A stretch of 64,000 bases of DNA from Eledone cirrhosa (GCA_964016885.1 OZ024742.1:2046001-2110000); one strand, 5' to 3'; shown: positions 45,182 to 61,544, numbered from the stretch's first letter. The notes: a model not told the origin generated them from the sequence alone. Numbers and translations: made by a program.

Positions 45182-46370
45182 TATGGAGGAAGTTATAGTT
45201 CACTTGAAGCATTGTGTAATGAGGTATAAACGTTTGTATATGTATAATAAAGCCGAAACAATGCAGGTATGGACATAGAATAAAGAATGCAAATGCAAAA
45301 GATATTGTTGACAATTAGTCTTTTACCTTAGATTTATTTAAATGTCCTTAATTTTCGAGATAATATCTCTTCTTCGGAGGGAAGTAAAGCGGTTAAACCA
45401 GTGTTCTAAATATCTTGCCAAGTCATGCTGACAGGAAATGGTATAGAGTATCTGTTGTATCTCTAATGTCAAAGAGTTAAGGTTAGGTGGATAAAGAGTA
45501 GTCTCCCTTTAAAAGGTTGTTTTTTTTGTACATGCCTGTTTAAGTGAATGTGTAAGTATGTGTGTGTGTGTGTGAGTGTGAGTAGATATGTCTATACGTA
45601 AATGTGGGGGATAGATGCTCTCTCGAGTTAGAACTGGTCTATGTATGTGTGTGTGTGAGAGAGAATAAGTGGAGGTGTAAGCGTGTGTGTGTGTGTATGT
45701 GTGTGCGTGCGTGTGTGTACGTGTGTGTGGGAGGAGGTGTGTGTAAATATGGGGCTAGATGCTCTATCAAGTTATAAATTGGGTGTTGAGTTCTAGTCTA
45801 TTATTGATTGGTTGTAGTGTTTTGTCTATAATTAGTGCTTCCTTAATTCTAAGATTGCCGAGGTTTCTTTCCTTAGTTTCTATCCTAACTGTTATGGTTT
45901 TGTCGGTGTTTTTGCATTTAACTAGGTATTTCTTAAATGAGGAAGCGTTAGTATTGAGGTGTTCTTTTATTTTTATGTGGAGTGGTTTGGTGGTGCTACC
46001 TACGTAGAAATTGCTGCATTTGTCACACTCTAGTTTGTATACGACGTAAGCCTGGTGGCATAGGTCTGTATCGTTGATGGGGCAGTTGGCTAGCCTGCAG
46101 CGGTTGTCATGTCTGGTGGAGTGTCTTTTGGTTAGCTGTCCGCGTAGAGAAGGACCTGAGTGGGCCAGTTGGATATCTAGTCCCTCTCGTTTGATAGCTC
46201 TGCGGATGGCTCTTGTTGTTTCATCACTGAAGTGTGGGAGCCTCAGGAAGCAAGTGTTAGTGCCTCGGGTGTGGTGTCCTCTGTTCTTTCTGGCACGGTT
46301 TGTGGTGGATGTCGTGTATCCGTTCAGTTTGAGTACTTCCAGGAAATGTGTGGTGTGTGTGTCTCGGTCT
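45180..46370 (-). mobile_element. Penelope-like element 3' fragment (second family): end of RT thumb + GIY-YIG endonuclease + 3' region
   Basis: LKLNGY, LRLPHFS, CRLANCPIND, YVVYKLECDKCSNFYVGST...IKEH, EALII in ORF 45767-46423; truncated by a Helitron-like end at 46371. Confidence 0.88.
45346..45380 (-). ncRNA. minimal hammerhead motif in the 3' region of the minus-strand PLE (core CCGAAGA)
   Basis: Minus strand: cct-CCGAAGA-a-gagat/att/atctc-GAAA-atTA-agg; palindromic AAUU stem III. Confidence 0.6.
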
Positions 46371-47795
46371 CTAGCAGTGTATCCCGGCGTTGCAGGTAAG
46401 AACATTGGTAATAGCACCTCCAAGAGAAACGTTTATTTGTGAGTGCCTGTTAAAAACTCACGAAAGTATACCGACAAGAAACTTGTTTTATTTGGAGAAA
46501 ATTAACAAGTTGAAAGTACAGTTTAGTTGTCTACGTGCATTGTTCATAGAAATATTGTTGAGCCCCTTCTTTTCATACTCCTTCTGTGGCAGTTGACCCC
46601 CGGCGTTTCCACTCTGTTTTGGCCTATTGGAGTAAATGTGAAAGAGAAAGTCACAGGTTAAGTTGGCAGAAGGTTCCAGTGTCATAGCAGTAAGGCGTAG
46701 GTTACTTACCTCAAAAGTTCATTCGCACTGTTACCACTTCTTTCTCTCTATCCCTCTTAGTGCAGTCCCTTGCGAATTTCTCGCGTAGGCCTGGTGTAGA
46801 TTTGCACCCGATCCATCTGCCCGATGCACATGTCCGCCTTGTACGGCGTCTGGAAGGAGTGACCAGCAGTACGTTGTTCGGTACTATTATGAAAAGGTGT
46901 AGCAGAGAATCCCGCGTGAACTAATAGCTCGGGAGGAAACTGCTTACCTTGAAGACTCATTCGCCATCGTTCTTGTCAACGCTCCGTTTAGTTGGTATTT
47001 GTTGGTCTATAGTTAGATGAATGGCGTACAAAGGGTTAACGTTTATTGGCAAGAAGTTTTTTGAATAATAAAAGACGGGTTAAAGCGACTTAGAATGTAT
47101 CATTCTGCGCTGATGTTAGCGGTTTTTGTTATTGTCAATGGGTTTTTGGACGGCAAATTCGAAACCATTCTATTTCTCCCTCAATAAACTGACTACTATG
47201 AAGACCATTCCATGTTGGCCTGCGGATGGAAATGCAGAACGCAAAGGTGAAAGTTCAGTGGTAATGGAAGTCCTATGTAGCAGCAGTACCATTGACATTG
47301 CTTACAACGTGTGCTTTCACCCTTAACGGGATCTTCTGAAACTAAAAAAATCAATCTGTGAACGCAGAAGTGAATATTTTGAAAAACGTGGCAACCGAAG
47401 GAAAACTGGAAGACGGTACTTTGGTTCGTGAAAACGTTCCCTGGCAATGAACGGAAAATAGCGAAGAAAATACGTCGTCAATGAGAACAATTTTTGTCAT
47501 AATGTTGTAATGCAGACTGCCAGACATACAGACAGATATTATAAGGACGCGACCTTATAGCTATGTATCTATCTAAAAAGACAGAGAGAGAGAGAGAGAG
47601 AGATATATATATAACCGGCGCCTAACACGCCTTTAACAACAGAAAATTGAAAAATAAAAGCTGCAGTTAATATCTTTAGACCGCAAGGAATATATAAATG
47701 CAAGTTTGAAGTCAATCGGAGTAGAAATGCGTATTTGTATAGACTTTGCAAAACTTGCATTTATACAAACACACACAGACAATTTCAATTATATA
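46371..47795 (-). mobile_element. non-autonomous Helitron-like element with internal R1 module
   Basis: Reverse complement of ctagcagtgtatcccggcgttgcagg gives a degenerate hairpin + CTAG 3' end; the other end is an acac/acag microsatellite + ttatata, as in the 52455 and 59871 copies. Confidence 0.5.
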
Positions 47796-47797
47796 TG

Positions 47798-47881
<84 letters not shown>

Positions 47882-48019
47882 AAGGTTAAACAAGGTTCAA
47901 TGAATAAATCAAAGAATTAGTTTTACAATAGATTGGAAGCACTCAACAAGAATAGTTTTCGAGAGTTATTAATATTAATTCAAAATATTAATAAAAATAG
48001 AACTTCTTGTGATCAAGTA

Positions 48020-48086
48020 TATTTTATTATACATATTTCAGAGGTACTGAGCTAACTTCAACAGTACGTCCTCATCAGATAAAATA
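48020..48086 (-). ncRNA. type I hammerhead ribozyme with intact core nucleotides
   Basis: Minus strand: tattttat-CTGATGA-ggacgtactg...cagtacctct-GAAA-tatgtaTA-ataaaata; 8-bp stem I; G.U closes stem II. Confidence 0.78.
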
Positions 48087-48802
48087 AGATGATGCATGAC
48101 ATACCCTGACAGAGTAGATGGTTAAGATCCAGTCATGGTAGTGAGTAAGATATGACAAAACTCAATAGTTATATACCTTAAGATTGAGACATGAAAAAAC
48201 TTACATATAATACAGAGGGTGCGTGTAAGAAAGCTTAAAAATACATAACAGTAATTAACATAACTGTTAGAGATTCAAATAATTATTGAAGAAAGAGGAA
48301 AGAAAAAAAGAAAGACAGGGAGAAAACAGATGAGAGGAAAATATAGCTAGTAGAGGTATAGAGAGCAAAAGAGAATTGATCAAGGAAAGGGAGACAAAGA
48401 GGAATAATTATAGGGAGGGATGAATTATATATATCTATACATAACTATACATTTGGGCATAGCTATGCGATAGAGTAAACTCGAATCTTTGAATTATTGA
48501 ATTATCTAGAAATATTCATCAATCTAAATCTTAAATATAACTGGGTGTAATTAATAAAGGTTAATTTCCTTAGTTAATTAGTTATATATACTATCCAAAC
48601 GTATCCGGTTGACCGTTAACTTTCAAATCATTTAAGTTAGTTCAGAGTAGTAATGAATTAATCAAAGTGTATAATATTTCAGGCTATAAATATATATATA
48701 TGTAGATAAATCTATATATATATATCCTAGAAACGATCGTAAAATGATGAATTTTTTTAATATAAAGAACTTGTTCTTTGTTTTTATTCATTGTTTTTAT
48801 TA

Positions 48803-48882
<80 letters not shown>

Positions 48883-49484
48883 GTGTGAGAGAAAATAAGT
48901 TTCCAATGGGGGTCGAATGGCAATAACTTCTTCCTAGATTTTGGTCACAAGCTCCAATCTAATCCAGGCTCTTCTCCCTCCTGTTGGAGGAACCGCTCCT
49001 CCCTGGTTGACCGCCACCGCCTTCTGTTTGGCTTTGGTCATGTCTTGAGAGGTGTAGCCGTACACACCACGCTTGGCCAATTGCCGGTTGTTGGTGACAC
49101 TATTTAACCTAAAGTTGGGGTGGATGGCCGTTGGCTGTGAGGAGTTCAACCGCCCTCACTTACCGCAAATATTTGTTCAGTGCCAACTCACAACACATAA
49201 TTATCAGTGACAACTCTCAATGGAAAAGTATTCACCAACAAAAGCAAAATTACTTTATATAAAAATATCCAACATACCTTCTTCATCATTTACAGACGAC
49301 TTGAATATATAGTTAGAAATAATTACATTAAACAGTGTAGAGACATTAAACACTAAGATTTAATCATATAGAATCACTTCATTCCTCGCCTATTTCCTTG
49401 GGTGAAGGCTTCGATATATTTAGCCACACTTCCTTCCATTCCAACCTATCTAGAACACAATATATTATTATTTCCCTATATTCT

Positions 49485-49666
49485 GTGGATTGGCAGTATC
49501 GGTAGAGGGTCGGACGCCATGCTTTGACGTATAGAGTTACGGCCCTTGCCATTCTGAGTTCAAATCCCGCCGAGGTTAACTTCGCCTTTCATCCTTACGG
49601 GGTCGATAAAATAAAGTACCAGTAATGCACTGGGTAATTGTTGGCCTTGTGCCAAAAGTAGAAACA
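49485..49666 (+). mobile_element. tRNA-derived SINE with 18-bp TSD
   Basis: TSD attatttccctatattct at 49467-49484 and 49667-49684; A-box-like tggcagtatcgg, B-box gagttcaaatccc. Confidence 0.92.
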
Positions 49667-49898
49667 ATTATTTCCCTATATTCTATATAGGCACGCTATT
49701 ATTATTGTACTATCCCAACTATATCTTATATACATACACTAATGCGACCTTTAACCAGTATATGTATGTATGTATATATATATATATATATATACATACA
49801 CACACACAAACACACATATATATACACATATATACGTACACATATATATATACACATATATATGTACATATATATATATACACATATATATGTACACA

Positions 49899-50030
<132 letters not shown>

Positions 50031-50073
50031 AAGAGATCTGGATTTTATCAGTTTTAAACTAGTAAGAGTGTAA

Positions 50074-50137
50074 ATATAGTAGAGAGTCGAAGCCTAACGG
50101 CAAGTGCTCAGCCGTTGGGCAACGTCTCTCTACTATA
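50074..50137. repeat. 64-bp hairpin adjoining (TA)n
   Basis: atatagtagagag...gcctaacggc / gccgttgggc...ctctctactatat. Confidence 0.8.
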
Positions 50138-51363
50138 TATATATATATATATGATTACATGTGTATGCTGTGTGTGTGTCTGTCTATGTTGAAAACAAGA
50201 TTCTGCTCCAGTTTACATTTCAGTCGGCTTGGCGCATGTATTTGGTATTGTCAAGTTATACATACAGATATTAAATGAACTGTACTTTTCATACATAAAT
50301 GTACTTAAAACACACAGATACGCAAATATATACATTTATAAATACACCCATGCACACATGCATACATACACATATACACCATATTATTGCATAAATCTGG
50401 ATCACAACTCGTTACTTTATACAACAACCATCTGATGTCGCCAAAGTAGAGAAATTTTGATGGAACTGCCAGAAGTAACTTTTGTTAAATATTGTTTTGA
50501 CCATATCATTGACATTAAGTACTTTTTTGTTAAAAGTACCATTGCGTTTAAAAGATAAAATCAAAAGGCCCATAATGAGGAACGCCATCTGATAGGGCAC
50601 CCAGATGATGGGGCCTTGGGGTATATGCTCCACCCGCCCCGTTATAAATCCAGTCGTGTTGTTGTGTCTGTGTCTTAATGTTTTGTTTTATATTCTGTTA
50701 ATTGTCTCCAGAGTTGTTCACCTGTTTTACTTGTGGAATTCTGAATAGAATTTAAGTGTTATCGACTAATATGGTCCTATCTCAATATTTAGCAGGTAAC
50801 CTTTGGTGTTGCGATATACTAATCAAAAACACACACACACAGACATCAGGAATTAACCTTTAAACAATATAAAACACGGGGACGGCGATTTTATCAGGTA
50901 TATCATGATTACTATGGCCCTTTGCTGCCTCATGCAAGGTGTACCAACAACATTCCACTACCACAATCTCCTTGAAGAAGATAATGAAGGCTTGAAATCT
51001 TGATGACCTTAGAGACGTTCTTGTGGCAAACTAAACACAAAGAACTAATGAGAGAAAATAGGATAATATATATATATATGTGTATTTGGTGTATAAGTTC
51101 GTATGTGTGCGTTTACAGGTGTCGCGCAGGTTTATGTATGTGTGTACGTGTTTATGTGTACGTGTTTGTATATGCATGCATGGCGGGTGTTTTCGCGTAT
51201 GCATGTGTATGTACGTATATGGATGCGTGTATGTATATATTTAATTATTGTTGATTTCAATAACCTCTGACATTTTCGTTCTACTAATTTATTTACATTA
51301 TTCTTAACTCTGAAGCCGAGAATCATTCGGTTCCCTAAACAGAATATTAGTCTACGACTTCAT

Positions 51364-51770
51364 TTATACCATAAACGTGATTTTGTCTTTGCGAGTAATT
51401 GTTCTCACCACTCCACATAATTGTTTCTACTTTTGGCACAAGGCCGGCAATTATCCCAGTGAATTACTGGTACTTTATTTTATCGACCCCGTAAGGATGA
51501 AAGGCAAAGTAAACCTCGGCGGGATTTGAACACAGACTGCAAAGGGCTGTAACTCATGCTCCACATAATGTCGTATTACCTTCGTTTTGTTCCGTTCATT
51601 GCCAGGGAACGTCTTCACGAACCAAAGTATCGTTTTCCAGTTTTCCTTCGGTTGCAACGTTTTTCGAAATATTTACTTTTGCGTTAACAGAATGACTTTT
51701 TTAGTTTCAGAAGATCCCGTTAAGGGTAAAAGCAGCGATTCTTTGCATAAACTTTAATCTGTGATTTTAA
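51364..51770 (+). repeat. R1 repeat copy interrupted by a SINE
   Basis: Collinear with 42140-42398 once 51422-51569 is removed; hammerhead-like core decayed (taaaag, tgcat). Confidence 0.85.
51422..51558 (-). mobile_element. 5'-truncated SINE with 11-bp TSD
   Basis: ctccacataat at 51411-51421 and 51559-51569; reverse complement of the SINE core in between. Confidence 0.9.
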
Positions 51771-51779
51771 TAAATACTA

Positions 51780-52294
51780 GAGGTCCGTTGACCAACCGGG
51801 GGGCCGCAGACCAACCGGTGGGTCGCAGACCAGCCGGTGGTCCACAGACCAACCGGCGGGCCGCAGACCAACTGGTGGGCCGTAGACCAATTGGTGGTCC
51901 GAGAGAAGATTTTGGTGGTCCGCAGAAAAATGCGGACATTATATTATTTACAATTTTTGTTTCATTAATAATTGTTTCAACTTTGGCACAAGGCCAGCAA
52001 TTATCCCGATTATCTCGTAAGGATGAACGGCAAAGCTAGCCTCGATGGGATTTGAACTAATAATAAGACAAAAATAATATTCGGTTAAAATATATTTTAT
52101 AACCCACTGAAAATGTTTCTCCCCAGTAAAGGACTAACATCCATGAAATAATCTTACACATATGTATCGTCTATGGACAATATGACATACATATTCTTTG
52201 GGATTATTTTGACCGTTAATTCATATTAGTGGTCCGTGGGATTTAAAATTATGAATTTAGTGGTTCGCCAGGTCCGAAAGATTGGCGACCGCTG
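51780..52294. mobile_element. hAT-type non-autonomous element (right end) with internal ~20-bp repeats and a SINE fragment
   Basis: gaccaaccggtgggccgca repeats 51780-51925; terminus aaagattggcgaccgctg resembles Charlie-type TIRs (CAGcGGTcgCCAA). Confidence 0.55.
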
Positions 52295-52454
52295 CTCCAT
52301 AGCAAAGGTTTTCAAACTTTAGGATCACCCCTCACGGCCATGTAATACCCTCAGTGCCCCACACCTATTTCTAGAGAGACCTGTCTACATGTAAATTGTA
52401 AATAATCTACTATATAATCTTATATAATAAATTAAATCGTTAATTTATATATAA

Positions 52455-53135
<681 letters not shown>

Positions 53136-53288
53136 TATATGGTTTTATAAATATAGTTTTCCATTTATTTAATATTGTAAATATACTCCAAATATTTGTC
53201 GAGTGCTTTTATATCAGTTATAAATATTTACTAGTTGTAACCCAACAATTTTTAAATATAACTTTACATATATATATATATATATTTT

Positions 53289-54176
<888 letters not shown>

Positions 54177-54177
<1 letters not shown>

Positions 54178-56342
54178 GTCCTAACTACTATGAAATGAAG
54201 GAAGACATCACAGACTTCTGTAGAAAGTTACGACTCAGTGAACAACTATTCGACCAGTACAATGAGGATGAATCATTAGCCAGAAATAGAAGCAATTACA
54301 CCCCTTCAAAAGGTAGAAATAAAATCCTGGACGAATTCTGTGAACACATCACAAACTTCCCTTACCAACACTTGCACAGACAAAAACACAAGCCAAACCT
54401 CAACAAGAAAGAATGGGAAGAATTAAATAGATTAAAACCCGACAGAACCATTACAATTAAAGAGGCTGATAAAGGGAGTACAGTAGTCCTAATGGAGACA
54501 GAATTCTATATCAACTTAGCGCTCTCCACTTTGGAAAACGAAACATACTACGAAAAGGCTGAACACTACAATCAACAGAAAATTATGAGAAACCTAAAAA
54601 CTCTAATCAACCAATACAAAGAAGGACTCACTAACAAGGAATTCAGCTTCATCACAGACTTCACAAGTAAATCCAGCCTTTTCTACGGTATCCCTAAAGT
54701 ACATAAAAGCTAATCAATAAGTAAGGCATGCAAGGAAGCCACAGACATAGTCATCAATGTCCCCTCACCCAATGATCTCAAATTAAGACCTATAATAGCA
54801 GGCCCCGCTTGCGAAACGCACCGTCTTAGCAACTTCATTGATACCCTTCTCAAACCCTTCCTCAAGCACATCAAAAGCTATATAAGGGACGACCTAGATA
54901 TGCTCAATCACCTCCCTAATATGCCACTTTCTGAACAAACCCTACTAGTGACGTTCGATGTAGTCAACCTATACTCCAACATCCCCCACAACCTAGGAAT
55001 AGAAGCTATCCAATTCTGGCTGGATAATTTCCACAATGAACTCCCACAACGCATCAAAAAAGAATTCGTGATACAGGGACTCAAATTTATCTTGGAGAAC
55101 AATTACTTCGTTTTCAATAACACACCCTACAGGCAGAAATCTGGGACCGCTATGGGAACGAAAACAGCCCCCACTTATGCCAACCTAGTCATGGGATACC
55201 TGAAAATCACCCTCTACACTAAAGTCCTAAACAAATTTGGAAACACCCTCCGCTTACACATTGAAAGGAACTGGAAGCGATATCTAGATGACTGCTTCAT
55301 CCTTTGGCACGAAAACATCGAAAAACTTAAAGAATTTCACACCCTTATAAATGGGCTCAACACGAATATCAACTTCACGATGGAATACAGCCATCAACAA
55401 TTCCCCTTCCTCGACATCCTCATTAAGATCCATAACAAATAAATAGAACCAGACATATACTACAATCCCACAGACTTAAAGCAATCTCTCCGCTTCAACT
55501 CTTGCCACCCTAGACACGTTAAAATTAATATTCCCTACAACTTAGCCAAGAGAATCTGTACTATAGTCTCCAATAAAAACATCTGCTACTTACGGCTACA
55601 AGAACTAAAGGACACACTCATAGGCAGGGACTACCCTGCATCACTAATTGACAATGGAATCCAACGTGCCCTAAAACTCAGTACCCAGGACCTTAGACAC
55701 CCTAAAGTAAATCAACTGAAACTAAAAGCTCTTCCATACATCTCCACACACAACCCCCTCAACAATGAGGCCTTTGACACCATCCTCCAGAACATCCATG
55801 TGTTGAAAAAGGATCATAGAATGAACCAAATTCTACGAACACACGATATCATAAAGAGCAAAAGACAATCCAAGTCAATGAAAAACATCCTAACACATGC
55901 GAAAGTACTGCCAACCACAACAACGAAACCCACAGTAAAAAAATGCGATAGACCCAACTGTGGCATTTGCATCAACCTAATAGAGGGTTCGGAATTCTAT
56001 TTCAAATATGGACAACGTTTTATAGTAAAACACAATTTCACATGTGCATCGGAAAATCTAATATATGTATTAACTTTCTCAGGTTGCCGAGAACAATACA
56101 TAGGCCAGACCAAAAACAGCCTCCGCCAACGCATGACTGTCCATAGATCCCAAATTAAAATACGGGAATACAGGAAAATACCACTGAGTGAACACATTGA
56201 TACCTGTGCCGCCCAAAATCATCCCAACTTCAGAATCTTTCCCCTCTACAAATTTAAAGATAATGCCACCCACACCCAGCGCATCAGCAAGGAATCTTAC
56301 TTCATTAACAAATACGGACCCCGTCTAAACACTTCTCCCTAA
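54177..56342 (+). pseudogene. Neptune-type Penelope-like RT + GIY-YIG endonuclease ORF (copy B), 5'-truncated, two in-frame TAA stops (54711, 55440)
   Basis: Single frame: [67 protein letters not shown]. Confidence 0.95.
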
Positions 56343-56460
56343 GACGAACCCACAACATACACACGTCAACATACATACCTACATCAGCACACATCTCTAC
56401 CCACATATAAACACAATGACATACGTAAACACACATGCTCTATGGTACAACACAAAAAAA

Positions 56461-56534
<74 letters not shown>

Positions 56535-56937
56535 ATATATGTATGTGTATATATATATAGTGAATATCATTTCACACCTTTTATTGTTAAGATTTTTGAT
56601 GTTCTATTAAGAGAACCGATTTTACTGAAAAAAATCGAATAATGTACACCATTTTACCAGGGGGAAAAAAATACTGGTCCCCCCCCCACACACACACGCA
56701 CACATATATATATATATACACACACATATATACAGACACACACACACACACACACATATATACACACACACATACACACGCGTACATTAACATACAAAGA
56801 GACTTATACACACACACACACACACACTTCTCCGTATAAGACAAAAGCTGAAAAATATCTTTTGACATGCTAAAATACCCCCCATGCCTTACAGACACAT
56901 TCTTACTGACCATCCCTGCTACCACGAATTACTCTGC

Positions 56938-56988
<51 letters not shown>

Positions 56989-57086
56989 ACACACACACAC
57001 ACACTTATCTTAATAGCCATTCGACACACATCCCTGCTAGCCATTATCACAACATCGAACACCTTACTACTACACGCACACACACA

Positions 57087-57123
<37 letters not shown>

Positions 57124-57649
57124 TTGTTGTGAAAGAGTCATTTCTCAATCTTGGCTCAAAACCAATTTTTTATTCACATGACCTCTACCGACCAATCAAA
57201 ATTGTTTTGACCACAAGAATTTTTGCAAACACCAAGTAGCGCTGGAGCCACTTTTTTAACATAAAAACAGTCTTGGCGCAAAATCAATTTTTTACATTCA
57301 CATGACCTCTACCGACCAATCAAAATTGTTTTGACCACAAGAATTTTTGCAACACCAAAGTAGCGCTGGAGCCACTTTTTTAACATAAAAACAGGTAGAA
57401 TTCCCAAAACTAATCAGATCAGAGCAAACAACACGGACACTCTATCTCAAAATTATTTTTGAAAAGCATTTAGAAATGCGCAACCGGTAAAAACTTAAAA
57501 ACTTAAAACCACAACTGAATACTAACCCATACAATTACTAATACTCTTTTATTCCTAATTAAACCATTTTTCAACTGTGAACAATTTGTCAGCATTTTCT
57601 ATTCCGTTTACCAATATATAATAACTTGTGTGTTACACCTCTATTCTTT

Positions 57650-57653
<4 letters not shown>
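56343..57653 (+). mobile_element. 3' non-coding region of PLE copy B, ending in (TA)n
   Basis: Collinear with 43728-44866 and 53289-54143. Confidence 0.9.
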
Positions 57654-57700
<47 letters not shown>

Positions 57701-57922
57701 GCAACAATTTTGAATAGCGCCAGTTCGTAATTTGAACTCGGGAATTTTATATTCTCCGAGTGAAAAGAACGTTCTGACGAGAGTATATCTTTTCAATGGA
57801 AGGCCGCAAGGAATGTCCATTTACTTTTGAGACTCGAAACCAATTCGGTAAAGGTAGCCATAGTGACTACAGTGAATTTTTTGAAATTTATTTTGAAACT
57901 TTTTCTTATTTGCTAAACCTTG

Positions 57923-57975
<53 letters not shown>

Positions 57976-58454
57976 TGGCTGCCAACTCGTTTTCGAGTAC
58001 GGCCACTACTTTATATCCATGTAGGAGAACCCCTACTGATGCGCTAAACGAATGTGACTTTTCAGTCCAGCCAGCGACTTGAAAACTCGGGTACAAACAC
58101 TACACTTGTGACAATTATTGACACATAGTGCTGGGCCCATGGTACCATGTGACGACAAGTGCAGAGAGATCTCCAGATATAAAGCAATGCCTGTGCCGTG
58201 AAGCTTTTATAGTGAGCAAAGGCACTGCACAAAGCCAGTCCCACTCTCTTAACCAAGATGATATTTACCAAAAAGAAGAACAAGTCAACATCATTGGATA
58301 CCATCAGAGTTGCAGGTGTTATATCAGAGTTTTCCTTCTCCTAGAATTCTGCCTTGACAAAGGCTAAGGGGTCATCTCTCCCGGTGATTTTGGATGGCCA
58401 TTGACTCTTAAGAGCTCCTTTGCCCTATATATATATATATATATATATACATAC

Positions 58455-58629
<175 letters not shown>

Positions 58630-58676
58630 TATATAGTTTAGCGAGGTTTTTTATATGAAATCGTGTGTCGAAACAG

Positions 58677-59310
58677 ATATTGTTATACTTGTGGAGAGTC
58701 ATATTTGCGTAATATTCCCAGAATTAATAACAGAACACACTCACTGTTTGGTTGGTTTTCGCTTCTCGCTGTCTTTTATATCTGCGATCTAACTTACTCG
58801 GTCCTCAATGTTGCCATTGACTGACCGACGGTCAAAAATAATACAGATACAATATAGACACAAACACATATATAGTTTACATAATTTACATAAATCTTTC
58901 GTTGCACATCTGCAACATCGTCAGTGGTGTTATATTTTTTTCCTCCTGTTGTGTTGTATGTCTACGCCATTTTTTTTTTATTTTTTATTTATTTATTTAT
59001 TTATTTATTTATTTTTTTTTTTATAGACAGACTGAATAAAAAAAATGGCGTAGACATACAACACAACAGGAGGAAAAAAATATAACACCACTGACGATGT
59101 TGCAGATGTGCAACGAAAGATTTATGTAAATTATGTAAACTATATATATGTGTTTGTGTCTATATTGTATCTGTATTATTTTTGACCGAGTAAGTTAGAT
59201 CGCAGATATAAAAGACAGCGAGAAGCGAAAACCAACCAAACAGTGAGTGTGTTCTGTTATTAATTCTGGCAATATTACGCACATATGACCCTCCCCAAGT
59301 ATAACAATAT
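58677..59310. repeat. long inverted repeat (~280-300-bp arms, ~50-bp T-rich spacer), each arm carrying a hammerhead-like core
   Basis: 58677-58982 is the reverse complement of 59035-59310 apart from a 30-bp insertion in the left arm; CTGACGA-t-gttgca/tgcaac-GAAA at 59091-59118(+) and 58897-58924(-). Confidence 0.9.
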
Positions 59311-59337
59311 ATATATATATATATATATACATATATA

Positions 59338-59423
<86 letters not shown>

Positions 59424-59464
59424 TCCACACATATATATATATATATATAAATATATATATACAC

Positions 59465-59539
<75 letters not shown>

Positions 59540-59556
59540 GATATATATATATGTGG

Positions 59557-59588
<32 letters not shown>

Positions 59589-59593
59589 GCGGA

Positions 59594-59629
<36 letters not shown>

Positions 59630-59632
<3 letters not shown>

Positions 59633-59778
59633 GAAAATGTATGACCCCGACTGCAGAGCTCAAGCCGTTTCGACGGCTATTTCTGAACTGCCGTCGGGGT
59701 CATACATTTTCGTACTACCCTAAGTATTGAGTACTCTGGTGCGTTATGATCCATCTGGTTCCTTACCACAATTCCTTC

Positions 59779-59783
<5 letters not shown>
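59630..59783 (-). repeat. second copy of the hairpin-terminated repeat, flanked by (TA)n
   Basis: Reverse complement of 40316-40456; hairpin gaaaatgtatgaccccgac...gtcggggtcatacattttc. Confidence 0.8.
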
Positions 59784-59823
<40 letters not shown>

Positions 59824-59870
59824 TAATGAGTTATAAGCTTCCATTTATTTATATTATTGATATATATATA

Positions 59871-60612
<742 letters not shown>

Positions 60613-60691
60613 AAAACAGAAATAACAACACAATCGGTACAGTATATGGAAGGGATATATTAGGTTAATGCTTGATATAGCAGGAAGAGGG

Positions 60692-60727
60692 TCTTACCGT
60701 TTCGGACGCTAGTCCTTCATTAGAAGA
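60692..60727 (-). ncRNA. degenerate hammerhead motif (CTAATGA = G5A)
   Basis: Minus strand: tctt-CTAATGA-a-ggac/tagc/gtcc-GAAA-cgGTA-aga. Confidence 0.55.
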
Positions 60728-61045
60728 AAGAATGAGAAATAAGATAGATTGAGGGGACGGGTGGGTTGGAATTAGAAAAAAATGTCTTTAGATAAAAATA
60801 ATACACACACACACACGCACACAGACATATGTGTGTGTGTGTGTATGTGTTATTAGGTGGGTAACTTGTAGCTACTAGTAGCCAAGGTGGTCGAATCACT
60901 CGATGTTGTTATTGTGTCTGTCTCTCGTTTGGAGGAGACCAAGTGTCGATTAAGAGCCGGGATCCGATCTCCTGATCAAACTCGAGCTGATCGACATCGA
61001 ACCAAATTGTAATATGTGATAAAGTTTACAAAAAGCTGCAATTCC

Positions 61046-61341
<296 letters not shown>

Positions 61342-61348
61342 TCGGTTC

Positions 61349-61371
61349 ACTCGCATCTCAAGGTATCACTG
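61349..61371. mobile_element. orphan Tigger right TIR followed by TA
   Basis: actcgcatctcaaggtatcactg|TA is the reverse complement of the TIR at 61590. Confidence 0.75.
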
Positions 61372-61494
61372 TATATATATATATGCTACTGTACGTCTGT
61401 ATACATATATGTATGTACGTATACATGCATACTTACATTTAAGTAAGTGCCATACTAAGAGTGAGAAATGAAATTTCGTTTTCATTTTGTTTCA

Positions 61495-61544
<50 letters not shown>

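Noticed and set aside
48934-49149. 71-aa minus-strand ORF in a GC-richer unique island, with CCAAT/TATTTAA words
   Set aside because: No recognisable domain; such motifs are expected by chance
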